Shown: positions 25,582 through 34,263 of the stretch, piece after piece
Layout: every line of letters begins with the position of its first letter
How positions within the stretch are numbered: position 1 is the first letter of the stretch
Source of the DNA: Sporichthyaceae bacterium
GTDB lineage: Bacteria; Actinomycetota; Actinomycetes; Prado026
Assembly (NCBI GenBank): GCA_031394045.1
Contig: JANMWN010000092.1
Span: 1-56,404 of the forward strand
DNA: 56,404 nucleotides
Direction: 5' to 3'
Notes under the pieces: generated by a model
Databases searched by the model: none
Seen by the model: only the letters and a program-made list of their open reading frames with translations
Told to the model about the DNA's origin: nothing
Program-made: the position numbers and the translations under genes

Positions 25582-27782
25582 GGGGTCGCTCCCTGGCCGC
25601 CGGGCTAGCGCTCGGCCTGGCCGTGGCCGCGAGCGCAGGACTGGGGGCACCAAAGGCGGGGGCCGCGGGCACCTTGCGTACAGCCACCTCCACGGTCGAC
25701 CCGGTCTCGGTCGGCGTCACCGCGATCGCCCCGTTGGTGCTCACCGCGGACGGCACCCTCCAGATCAGCGGCGTACTGCGCAACAACGGGACCACCCAGC
25801 TGGACAAGGTGGTGATCCAGCTCCGGGTGGCGGACCAGCCCGCCGGCAGCCGCAGCGAGCTGGACGCGTCGGCCGCGAGCACCGCGCCCCCGCCCGGCTC
25901 GGTCCCGTCAGGCGCGCTGATCACCGAGCCGGACCCGCTGGTCGCTGGGGGCACCTTGCCCTGGACCCTGAGCGTGACCGCGAGGACTCTCGGGCTGAGC
26001 ACGCCGGGTGTGTACCCCCTGGCGATCGAGGTCAGGGCCGACAACCCGACCACCGGAGGGCGTACGAGGTACGGCACCGCCCGCACGTTCCTCCCGTGGG
26101 ACCTCGGCACCGCCCGGCCGACCCGGGTCGCGGTGGTCTGGCCGGTGCTCGGCACCCCCTCGCGCGGCCCCGACGGCAAGTCGTTGGGGGCCGGGCTGGA
26201 GAACGAGCTGCACGGCCGGCTCGGCAGCCTGCTCAGTGCCGCCGGCGGCACTCACCTGACCTGGCTGCTGGACGGCGACACCCTGGAGAGCGTGCGCCAG
26301 CTGGCTGACAGCACCATCGTCAAACCCACGCCAACCGGCACGCAGACCGGCACGCCGACCGCGAGTGCGGGCGCCTCCACCGGGGGCTCGGGGTCCAGCG
26401 GTGATTCCGGCGGCACCGGTGGCACGGGTGACACCGCCGGCGCGGCTGCTGCCAAGGCCTGGCTGACCGCGCTGGCCGCCGCCACGGCAACCGGGCAGGT
26501 GCTGGCCGTTCCCTTCGCCGACCCGGACCTGGTCGCGAGCGTCCGCGCCGGGCGGACCTCCGACCTGGGGGTCGCCACGACCCTCGGCGCCCAGGTCGTC
26601 GGTCAGGCCCTCGCAAGCACGCCGAGCGTCGGCAGCACGCCCGCCGAGGCCGACGTCGCCTGGCCCGCCGACGGCACCGCCGACAGCCGGACCCTGACCG
26701 CACTGGCCGGTCTCGGCAGCGCCGCGGTGATCCTGTCCGACCAGCTCGCCGCACCGGTACGCGCCATCACGACGTACACGCCGTCCGGGGTCGGCCCGCT
26801 CACGGGGACCAGGCTCACCGCCATCGTCGCGGACAACCTCCTGTCGACCCTGATCGCGACACCCACGGCGCAGCAGGGCGGCGCGGCCCTTGCCCGGCAA
26901 CGGTTCCTGGCCGAGATCGCCATGATCACCGCCGAGCTCCCGAGCGCCCAGCGCTCCCTCGTCATCGTCCCGCCGCGCCGCTGGACCCCCGACGCCACGT
27001 ACGTCAAGGGTGTGCTCGACGCCCTCGGCCAGGTGCCCTGGGCGAAGCCGGCCACGATTGCCGAGCTCCGCACCACTGCGGCCGACGGCCCAGCCCGGCA
27101 GCGCCCGACGTACCCGACCGCCGTCCAGCAGCGCGAGGTCAGCGGACGACAGCTCGACAGCGTGCGCGCCGCCGCCGCGGGGCTCGACTCACTCAGCGCC
27201 GTGGTCGCCGACCCCACCTCGCTCCGCGACACCTACGAGCGCGCGATCCTGCGGTCCGAGTCCACGGTCTGGCGTACGCAGCGTGCGGCCGGGCTGGTCT
27301 ACGCGCACTCGGTCGAGACCGCGATCGACGACCTCGTCTCGGCCGTCCACGTCGTGCAGTCCGGCGGGCTCACCCTCGCCGGGCGCAGCGGCAAGATCCC
27401 GGTCACGGTCGAGAACCGGCTGAGCCAGGCCGTCACGATGAACCTGTCGGTCGCCGCCGACCCGGCCGTCCGGCTGACCCTCACCCAGCCGGGGCAGGAG
27501 GTGATCCCCCCGGGCCAGAGCCGAACCTTCGAGGTGCCCGCCGAGGCCACCACTAACGGCAGCGTCCAGCTGATCGTCCAGCTGGTCGCGCCCGACGGGA
27601 AGCCCTACGGTTCGGCCGTGACCTTCCCCGTGCAGATCACCGGGCTCGGCGCGGTGGCCCAGCTGGTGGTCGGCGGGGCGTTCGTGCTGCTGGCTGTGGC
27701 CCTGGTCGTCCGGGTGGCGCGCGCGGTCCGACGCGGGCGCCGGCCGGGGTCCGAGGCCTCGGTCCGCGAGCGGGTCCGATGA
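25578..27782 (+). CDS. DUF6049-family secreted/membrane-anchored protein
   Basis: 734 aa from ATG 25578 (MRGRSLAAGLALGLAVAASAG signal peptide) with a C-terminal TM anchor. ATGA overlaps with the Nudix stop and the murJ start. Position of Rv3909. ORF 24810..27782 is an over-extension. Confidence 0.8.
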   Translation: MRGRSLAAGLALGLAVAASAGLGAPKAGAAGTLRTATSTVDPVSVGVTAIAPLVLTADGTLQISGVLRNNGTTQLDKVVIQLRVADQPAGSRSELDASAASTAPPPGSVPSGALITEPDPLVAGGTLPWTLSVTARTLGLSTPGVYPLAIEVRADNPTTGGRTRYGTARTFLPWDLGTARPTRVAVVWPVLGTPSRGPDGKSLGAGLENELHGRLGSLLSAAGGTHLTWLLDGDTLESVRQLADSTIVKPTPTGTQTGTPTASAGASTGGSGSSGDSGGTGGTGDTAGAAAAKAWLTALAAATATGQVLAVPFADPDLVASVRAGRTSDLGVATTLGAQVVGQALASTPSVGSTPAEADVAWPADGTADSRTLTALAGLGSAAVILSDQLAAPVRAITTYTPSGVGPLTGTRLTAIVADNLLSTLIATPTAQQGGAALARQRFLAEIAMITAELPSAQRSLVIVPPRRWTPDATYVKGVLDALGQVPWAKPATIAELRTTAADGPARQRPTYPTAVQQREVSGRQLDSVRAAAAGLDSLSAVVADPTSLRDTYERAILRSESTVWRTQRAAGLVYAHSVETAIDDLVSAVHVVQSGGLTLAGRSGKIPVTVENRLSQAVTMNLSVAADPAVRLTLTQPGQEVIPPGQSRTFEVPAEATTNGSVQLIVQLVAPDGKPYGSAVTFPVQITGLGAVAQLVVGGAFVLLAVALVVRVARAVRRGRRPGSEASVRERVR

Positions 27783-29461
27783 GCGGCACCGACAGCACAG
27801 GCGGCGCAGACACAGCGGGCAGCACAGCGCCCGGGACCGACGACGGCGTCCTTCGGCACAGCTCGGTGATGGCAGCGGGCACCATCGTCTCGCGCCTGAC
27901 CGGGGTGCTCCGGACGACCGCGCTGGCCGCAGCCCTCGGCAGCCTGGGGGTGCTCGCCGACGCGTACAACACGGCCAACACGCTGCCCAACATCATCTAC
28001 ATCCTGCTCGTCGGTGGGGCGCTGAACGCGGTCTTCATCCCCCAGCTGGTCGGCCACATGAAGGACGACAAGGACGGCGGCACCGCGTACGCCGACCGGC
28101 TGCTGACGCTCTGCGCGATGACCCTGCTCGGCATCACGGTGGTCGCCGTCGCCGCGGCGCCGTGGATCGCGCGGCTCTACGCAGGGGCGAGCTACACCCC
28201 CCGTCAGATCGAGGTGCTGACCGCCTTCGCTTACCTCTGCCTGCCGCAGATCCTGTTCTACGGTCTGTACGCGCTGTACTCGCAGGTGCTGAACGCGCGC
28301 GGCCACTTCGCCGCGCCGATGTTCGCGCCGGTGATCAACAACGTCGTCGTCATCGTCGGCTGCGGCATCTTCCTGACCGTCGCGCACGAGCCGAGCATCT
28401 CGACCATCACCGGCGGACAGATCGCCTTGCTGGGTACGGCGACGACGCTCGGCGTAGTGGTGCAGGCCTCGGTGCTCACCCCCTTCATGGCGCGCTCCGG
28501 CTACCGGTTCCGGCCCAGGTTCGACCTGCGCGGCCAGGGCCTCGGCAAGGCCGCCGGGCTGGCGAAGTGGACGATCTTCTTCGTGCTGGTCAACCAGGTG
28601 TCCTACCTGATCGTGACCAGGCTGGCCAACAACGCGGGCGCCGTCGCCGAGAGCCACGGAGTGCGCGGGGCCGGCAGCACCGCCTATGCCAACGCGCACC
28701 TGATGTTCATCCTCCCGCACTCGATCGTCACAGTCTCGGTGATCACCGCGCTGATGCCGCGGATGAGCCGGGCGGCGCACGCCGGCGACCTCGCGGCCGT
28801 CCGGCACGACCTCGCGCGCGGCATGCGGCTGGTCGCGGCCGCGATGATCCCGGCGACCGTGCTGCTGATCCTGCTCGGTCCACGCATCGCGCAGCTGCTC
28901 CTCGGCTACGGCAACACCTCCGACCCCGGCGCGCGGCTGGTCGGAACGGTGCTGCAGGGGTTCGCCGTCGGCGGGCTCGCGTACTCGGTCTACTACGTAC
29001 TGCTGCGCGGCTTCTTCGCGCTCGAGGACACGCGTACGCCCGCGCTGGTCAACATCTTCTTGAACATCGTCAACGTCGGGGTGGGCTACACGCTGTTCCG
29101 GCTGCTCCCCGCGGACCACGCCGTAGTCGGCCTCGCGGTGGGCTACGCCGTGGCGTACATCGCGACGACCGTCGTGTTCTGGCAGATCCTGCGACCACGG
29201 GTCGGCGGTCTCGACACGTACGTCACGATCCGTACGTTCGTACGCCTCGGGGTGGCCGGTGTCGTGTCGGGCCTGCTCGGGTACGCCCTCGTGGCCGCGC
29301 TCGCGCACGTCACCGGCTCGGGCAAGGTGGGGGCGCTGGTCGTGGTCGTCGCCGTGGGCACGCTGGTCCCGGTCACGTTCGTGCTGGTGGCGCGCCGCCT
29401 CCGGGTGGCCGAGATGACCGAGGTCGTCAACCTGGTGACGGGTCGCCTGCGCAGGGGCTGA
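27779..29461 (+). CDS. murJ: lipid II flippase MurJ (MviN) without a fused kinase-like domain
   Basis: 560 aa, about 14 TM helices, with the N-terminal MurJ pattern SRLTGVLRTTALAAALGS...DAYNTANTLPN. Confidence 0.9.
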   Translation: MSGTDSTGGADTAGSTAPGTDDGVLRHSSVMAAGTIVSRLTGVLRTTALAAALGSLGVLADAYNTANTLPNIIYILLVGGALNAVFIPQLVGHMKDDKDGGTAYADRLLTLCAMTLLGITVVAVAAAPWIARLYAGASYTPRQIEVLTAFAYLCLPQILFYGLYALYSQVLNARGHFAAPMFAPVINNVVVIVGCGIFLTVAHEPSISTITGGQIALLGTATTLGVVVQASVLTPFMARSGYRFRPRFDLRGQGLGKAAGLAKWTIFFVLVNQVSYLIVTRLANNAGAVAESHGVRGAGSTAYANAHLMFILPHSIVTVSVITALMPRMSRAAHAGDLAAVRHDLARGMRLVAAAMIPATVLLILLGPRIAQLLLGYGNTSDPGARLVGTVLQGFAVGGLAYSVYYVLLRGFFALEDTRTPALVNIFLNIVNVGVGYTLFRLLPADHAVVGLAVGYAVAYIATTVVFWQILRPRVGGLDTYVTIRTFVRLGVAGVVSGLLGYALVAALAHVTGSGKVGALVVVVAVGTLVPVTFVLVARRLRVAEMTEVVNLVTGRLRRG

Positions 29462-29498
29462 CCTCAAGACCACCGGTCAGAACGCCGACTTGTGTCGT

Positions 29499-29897
29499 AT
29501 GGCCGGTGACTGCGTACGGAGCCGCGAACGTGGCTTCTTCGCCGTCGGCTGGCTGGTCAAGATCGTCATCGGGTTCGCCCTCATCGGGGTGCTGGCCGCA
29601 GACGCCATCTCGCTGGCGCTCGGGCACCTGCACGCGCAGGACTCGGCGAGCGACGCAGCGACCGCGGCCCAGGCCGCCTACGGACCCACCAACGACTTCC
29701 TCGCCGCGCGCACGGCGGCCGAGAAGTCCGCCGCAGCCAACGAGGTGACACTCGCCGACTTCCAGGTGACCGGCGGCACCATGAAGGTGACGATCACGCT
29801 GCAGGCCCGCACCTTCCTGGTGCGGCACCTGCCGGGCACCGCCTCGCTGGTGGTCCCTACGGCGATTCTGTCCGTCCCGGCTGCAGCCGCCTCGTGA
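29499..29897 (+). CDS. single-pass membrane protein, function unknown
   Basis: 132 aa from ATG 29499 (TTG 29490 also possible) with TM helix WLVKIVIGFALIGVLAADAI. Its stop overlaps the next start (GTGA). Confidence 0.5.
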   Translation: MAGDCVRSRERGFFAVGWLVKIVIGFALIGVLAADAISLALGHLHAQDSASDAATAAQAAYGPTNDFLAARTAAEKSAAANEVTLADFQVTGGTMKVTITLQARTFLVRHLPGTASLVVPTAILSVPAAAAS

Positions 29898-31030
29898 CCA
29901 GCCGTCGTACGGCCGGCCTGGTCGCCGCCCTGGCCGTCCTGGTCAGTGCGGTCGGGGGTGTCGCGGCAGGACCGGGGGGCACCGCGCTGGCCGACCCCTC
30001 GATCGCCTCGGCGACCGCGCAGGCCAAGACGCTGGCCAGCCAGGTCGACGCGCTCCAGCTCCAGGTCGAGATCGCCACCGAGGACTACAACGCGGTCCAG
30101 GAGAAGCTCGCCGCGGTCGTCACCAGCTATCTCGCCGCGTCCCAGGACGTCGGCACCCTGGGCCAGGTCGCCGAGACCGAGCGCGCGCAGAACGTGGCCC
30201 GCATCCAGGCGCTGTACAAGTCCGGCGGCCAGCTCGGCCTGTTCGCACAGATCCTGGACGGCGGCGACATCAGCGAGGTGCTCCAGCGGTACGTCGCCAT
30301 CAACCACGTCCTGGCCGCCGACGCGTACGCGATCGGGCAGACCTCCGACCGCATCCGGCAGGCCTCGACCACCGCCGACACGCTGAACGCCCTGGCCGAC
30401 AAGCGCACCGAGCTGCAGTCGCAGGCCCAGCTCGCGCAGGCTCGCATCGTCGGCCTGCTCTCCGAGCGGCAGGCGCAGCTCGCGGGCGCCAACGCGCTGG
30501 TCCGGCAGCTGATCGCCGACGCGCAGGCCAAGGCCGATGCGGCAGCGGCTGCCGCTGCCGCGGGCGCGCTCGGCACCGACCCGTTCCCCCCGACCGTGCT
30601 GCCCCCCGGCACGCCGGCCGCCATCGGCACCGCCATCGCGGCCGCTCGTACCCATCTCGGCGACCCGTACCAGTGGGGCTCCACGGGCCCCTCGACCTGG
30701 GACTGCTCGGGGCTGACCCAGTGGGCGTACGCCCAGGCCGGCGTCAGCCTGCCGCGCACCTCGCGCGAGCAGTGGTTCAGCGGTACGCACCCTGCGCTGA
30801 GCGAGCTGCTGCCCGGTGACCTGCTCTTCTGGGCCACCGATCCGGTCGACCCGGCGAGCATCCACCACGTCGCGCTCTACCTCGGCGGCGGCTACATGAT
30901 CGAGGCACCGCACACCGGCGCGTTCGTGCAGATCGTGCCGGTCTACCTCGACGGCTACTACGGCGCGACCCGCGTGGTCGCCGCGTCGACCGGAACCGTG
31001 TTCTCCGGCGGGACGGGCAGCCAGCCGTAG
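29894..31030 (+). CDS. NlpC/P60 peptidoglycan endopeptidase with coiled-coil N-domain (RipA-like)
   Basis: 378 aa. Signal peptide, long coiled-coil region, Ala-rich linker, and catalytic core DCSGLTQWAY...HHVALYLG. Confidence 0.85.
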   Translation: MTSRRTAGLVAALAVLVSAVGGVAAGPGGTALADPSIASATAQAKTLASQVDALQLQVEIATEDYNAVQEKLAAVVTSYLAASQDVGTLGQVAETERAQNVARIQALYKSGGQLGLFAQILDGGDISEVLQRYVAINHVLAADAYAIGQTSDRIRQASTTADTLNALADKRTELQSQAQLAQARIVGLLSERQAQLAGANALVRQLIADAQAKADAAAAAAAAGALGTDPFPPTVLPPGTPAAIGTAIAAARTHLGDPYQWGSTGPSTWDCSGLTQWAYAQAGVSLPRTSREQWFSGTHPALSELLPGDLLFWATDPVDPASIHHVALYLGGGYMIEAPHTGAFVQIVPVYLDGYYGATRVVAASTGTVFSGGTGSQP

Positions 31031-31041
31031 GCTGTTGGACC

Positions 31042-32571
31042 GTGCGTACCCTGGCCGACCGCTACCGCCTCGAGGACTGCGTCCTCGACGGTCCGCACTG
31101 GTCGTACTGGCGAGGCTACGACGGCGTGCTCCGGCGCGCGGTGGGCATCCTGGTGCTCGTCCCCGACCACGAGCTCGGCACCCTCGAGACGGACGTGCTG
31201 GCCGCGGCTCGCGCGTCGGCAGGAGCCGAGGACGCCCGGGTGCTGCGCGTGCTGGACGTCCTGTCCGACGACGAGGGCACCTGCCTGGTGATCGAGTGGT
31301 TGACCGCGGAGTCGCTCGAGGAGCTGCTGGCCGACGGACCGCTGCCCGACGTCGAGGCCTGGCGGGTGACCCTGGAGGTGGCGCAGGCGCTGGCTTCGGT
31401 GCAGGCCCAGGGGCTCGGTCATGGTGCGCTGGCTCCGCACTGGGTGCTGCGCGGCGAGGACGGCCGGGTCCGGCTGCTCGGGCTCGGATTCGTCGCGGCC
31501 CTGGCCGACCCGGTCGGTACGACTGTCACCCCAGGCTCCGCGGGCACGCCGACCGCGCCTGGACTGGACGGGCCGGCCACGGACGCGGCCGGCCTGGGTG
31601 CGCTGCTCTACGCGGCGCTGACCGGGCGCTGGCCCGGCGCACCCGGGCGGTCGGCGCTCGCCCCTGCCCCGCGGCAGTCCGGCCACCCCGTCCGCCCCCG
31701 GATGGTCCGTGCGGGCGTACCCGCCGCCCTCGACGACGTGGCGGCACGGGCGCTCGGGCTGCCGGGTCGCGGCGAGCCGCTGCGCTCGCCCGCGGCCGTA
31801 GCCGCAGCGCTGGAGCTGGCCGGCGAGCGGATGAAGGGGTTCGACCGCGGGGAGCCAGAGGACCGTTCCGACGGTGCCGAAGGTGCCCGGGGTGTCGATG
31901 GCCGAGCCATGCTGGCCGGAGCCGCTGGTCGCCGCCGGGGCAGTCGTCGACCTCGCTCGGTGCCACTGGTCGCGGCCGCCGCCGTGCTTGCCGTGCTCGC
32001 GGTGCCGTCGTACCTGGGCGTACGTTCCCTCGGAGGCCCGAGCAAGGGCAGCGGCACCGCGTCGCAGACGGGCACCCAGCTGACCCAGCCGACGCCAACT
32101 GTCAACGGCAGCCAGCCACCGCTCGGGATCAGCATCCCGATCGTGTCGGCGCGCGACTTCGACCCGGACGGCAACGGCAGCGAGAACCCCGCGCAGGCAC
32201 CGCTGGCCATCGACGGCGACCTGACCACGGCGTGGCACACGGTGACGTACTACAAGCGGGCCAACCTCGGTGGCCTCAAGCCAGGCGTCGGGCTGCTGCT
32301 CGACCTCGGCCGGGAGCAGCGGGTCGCGACGGTCAGCGTGCACCTGGTGGGCCTGTCCACGTCGCTGCAGCTGCTGGCCTCCAAGACGTTGTCCGCCGCG
32401 TTCGACGACTACCTTCCCCTCGCCCGGGTCGACGACGCGGGCAGCTTCGCCACCCTGCGCCCTGCCGCGCCGGCCACCGCGCGCTACCTGCTCATCTGGC
32501 TGACCTCGCTGCCGCCGGCCGGCAACAACTTCCAGGGCGGGATCTTCGAGGTCGAGGTCACCCGCAGCTGA
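31042..32571 (+). CDS. stand-alone protein-kinase-like pseudokinase, TM helix and extracytoplasmic discoidin/CBM-like domain
   Basis: 509 aa. Kinase fold without a Gly-loop, VAIK Lys, HRD or DFG (has HGALAPHWVL and GLGF instead). TM helix VPLVAAAAVLAVLAV. The C-terminal domain resembles the extracellular domain of M. tuberculosis MviN. Confidence 0.75.
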   Translation: MRTLADRYRLEDCVLDGPHWSYWRGYDGVLRRAVGILVLVPDHELGTLETDVLAAARASAGAEDARVLRVLDVLSDDEGTCLVIEWLTAESLEELLADGPLPDVEAWRVTLEVAQALASVQAQGLGHGALAPHWVLRGEDGRVRLLGLGFVAALADPVGTTVTPGSAGTPTAPGLDGPATDAAGLGALLYAALTGRWPGAPGRSALAPAPRQSGHPVRPRMVRAGVPAALDDVAARALGLPGRGEPLRSPAAVAAALELAGERMKGFDRGEPEDRSDGAEGARGVDGRAMLAGAAGRRRGSRRPRSVPLVAAAAVLAVLAVPSYLGVRSLGGPSKGSGTASQTGTQLTQPTPTVNGSQPPLGISIPIVSARDFDPDGNGSENPAQAPLAIDGDLTTAWHTVTYYKRANLGGLKPGVGLLLDLGREQRVATVSVHLVGLSTSLQLLASKTLSAAFDDYLPLARVDDAGSFATLRPAAPATARYLLIWLTSLPPAGNNFQGGIFEVEVTRS

Positions 32572-32577
32572 GTGACG

Positions 32578-32615
32578 GGCATCCGGGGCGCACGACCAGG
32601 CATCCGGGGCGCACG
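32578..32615 (+). repeat. 17-nt direct repeat x2, 21-bp phasing
   Basis: ggcatccggggcgcacg at 32578..32594 and again at 32599..32615, between the pseudokinase stop (32571) and the sigma ATG (32662). Confidence 0.8.
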
Positions 32616-32661
32616 GCGGGGCACCCAAGAGGCGCGAGGCACCGCCCGTACGCTGCAGGGC

Positions 32662-33324
32662 ATGTCCGACGACGAGCAGGCGGGTGCGCCCCCGCTCGAC
32701 GACAAGGCGCTGCTCTCGGCCCACCTGGCCGGCGACGGCGACGCGTTCGGCGAGCTCGTCCGCCGGCATCGCGACCGGTTGTGGGCGGTGGCGCTGCGGA
32801 CGCTCGGCAACCCCGACGACGCCGCGGACGCGGTGCAGAACGCGCTGGTCTCGGCGTACCGCGGCGCGGCGTCCTACCGCGGCGACGCGGCCGTCACGAC
32901 CTGGCTGCACCGTATCGTCGTCAACGCTTGCCTGGACCTGCTGCGGCGGCAGAAGGTACGCCCGACCGACCCGCTCCCCGACGACGAGAGCCGGCACCCG
33001 GCCGACCCCGTCGACAGCATCGGCGCCCGCGACACGGCCATCGTGGTCGAGCAGGCGCTCGCGACCCTGCCACCCGAGCAGCGCGCGGCCATCGTGCTGG
33101 TCGACATCCAGGGCTACCCCGTCGAGGATGCCGCCCGGATGCTGGACTGCCCCGTGGGTACGGTCAAGAGCCGCTGCTCCCGGGGACGGGCCCGGCTGCT
33201 GCCACAGCTCCAGCACCTGCGGAACCCGGAGGGGGATCCGGCCGTCCCATCCGAGACGACAGTGCCAGCTGTGCCGGCTGTGCCCACTGATCCACCAGCG
33301 CCGGAGGGAGGCGACCAGCCATGA
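32662..33324 (+). CDS. sigM: ECF (group 4) RNA polymerase sigma factor, SigM-like by position
   Basis: 220 aa from ATG 32662. Region 2: DAVQNALVSAYR, WLHRIVVNACLD. Region 4: EDAARMLDCPVGTVKSRCSRGR. GTG 32572 is an in-frame alternative. Confidence 0.85.
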   Translation: MSDDEQAGAPPLDDKALLSAHLAGDGDAFGELVRRHRDRLWAVALRTLGNPDDAADAVQNALVSAYRGAASYRGDAAVTTWLHRIVVNACLDLLRRQKVRPTDPLPDDESRHPADPVDSIGARDTAIVVEQALATLPPEQRAAIVLVDIQGYPVEDAARMLDCPVGTVKSRCSRGRARLLPQLQHLRNPEGDPAVPSETTVPAVPAVPTDPPAPEGGDQP

Positions 33325-34184
33325 CCCAGCACCACGACCCCGTGCACCCCGACGCGGGTGACATCGGTGACATCGCTGACATCCGTGATATCGAGACCCT
33401 CACGGCCAACGACGACGCGTACGTCTCCGCGCTGCTGGCCGGGCTCCCGGCCGTGGTGATGCCGGCCGACGTCGCGGCCCGGCTCGACGCCGCACTCGCC
33501 GAGGCAGTACTCACCGGGCTGACCAACCCTGAGGCCGACGTCCCGGCGGCGGCTGCCGCGACCGTGGTCCCCATCACGTCCGCGCGGTCCCGCTGGCGCG
33601 ACCCGCGGATCCTCAAGGTGGCCGCAGCGGTCGTGCTCGTGCTCGGTGGCGGTGGGGTAGCAGTCAAGGTGATCAGCGGTGGCAGCACCGGCGAGACCAG
33701 CACCGCCGCATCGGCCGGCGGGGCCGCGCGCGCCGCCGAGAAGCTCAGCCTGAACAGCGCCCACGCGTACACCTCCGACACGCTGGCCACCGACATCCGC
33801 TCCCTGGTGGCGGGCTCGCTGCCCAAGGCGGCGGTGACGACGGCTCCGCAGGGCTCGGCGGCCGGCGAGACACCCAAGCCGGTCGGGACGAGCCCTGGGC
33901 TCAGTTCGTCTCCCGGCTCCGGCGCGACGGTGACCAAGCAGCTGCTGGACCTGACCGCTAGCGTCGACACTCTCGCGCCGTGCATCGCCGCGCTCGAGGT
34001 GGAGATCGCGGCGGTCACCCCGTACGCCATCGATGCCGGGACCTACGACGGTCGGCCCGCCCTGATCGTGGTGCTGCCGAACAAGGAGGACCCCAAGGTC
34101 TACGACGTCTTCGTGGTCGGGGCCAAGTGCGGGCAGGGGAACGACGCCGACTTCATCGCCTACCGACGGGTACCGCGCAGCTGA
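33321..34184 (+). CDS. membrane-anchored putative anti-sigma factor
   Basis: 287 aa. ATGA overlap with the sigma stop and a central TM helix VAAAVVLVLGGGGVAV. No HxxxCxxC (ZAS) motif. Assigned by position only. Confidence 0.55.
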   Translation: MTQHHDPVHPDAGDIGDIADIRDIETLTANDDAYVSALLAGLPAVVMPADVAARLDAALAEAVLTGLTNPEADVPAAAAATVVPITSARSRWRDPRILKVAAAVVLVLGGGGVAVKVISGGSTGETSTAASAGGAARAAEKLSLNSAHAYTSDTLATDIRSLVAGSLPKAAVTTAPQGSAAGETPKPVGTSPGLSSSPGSGATVTKQLLDLTASVDTLAPCIAALEVEIAAVTPYAIDAGTYDGRPALIVVLPNKEDPKVYDVFVVGAKCGQGNDADFIAYRRVPRS

Positions 34185-34187
34185 TCT

Positions 34188-34213
34188 GGAATGCCCGGCA
34201 TCTAGGATTCGTT
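34188..34213 (+). promoter_or_regulatory. SigR/SigH-type promoter upstream of trxB
   Basis: GGAAT(34188..34192), then exactly 18 nt, then GTT(34211..34213). The GTT ends 50 nt upstream of the trxB GTG. Confidence 0.55.
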
Positions 34214-34263
34214 GAGCAGTCGAGCAGCCCACCGAACCGTAGGTACGCAGGGGAAGGTCCATC

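Noticed and set aside
32572-32661. GTG 32572 as the ECF sigma start, giving a 30-aa basic N-terminal extension.
   Set aside because: It is kept only as an alternative. GC3 there is lower than in the body of the gene. The stretch is a perfect DNA repeat, and sigma region 2 homology begins after ATG 32662.
30958-33290. Very long ORFs 30958..33216 (-, 752 aa) and 31035..33290 (+, 751 aa).
   Set aside because: The products are Arg/Pro/Gly/Ala-rich with no recognisable motifs. They overlap the well-supported pseudokinase and ECF sigma genes in other frames. These are typical high-GC shadow ORFs.
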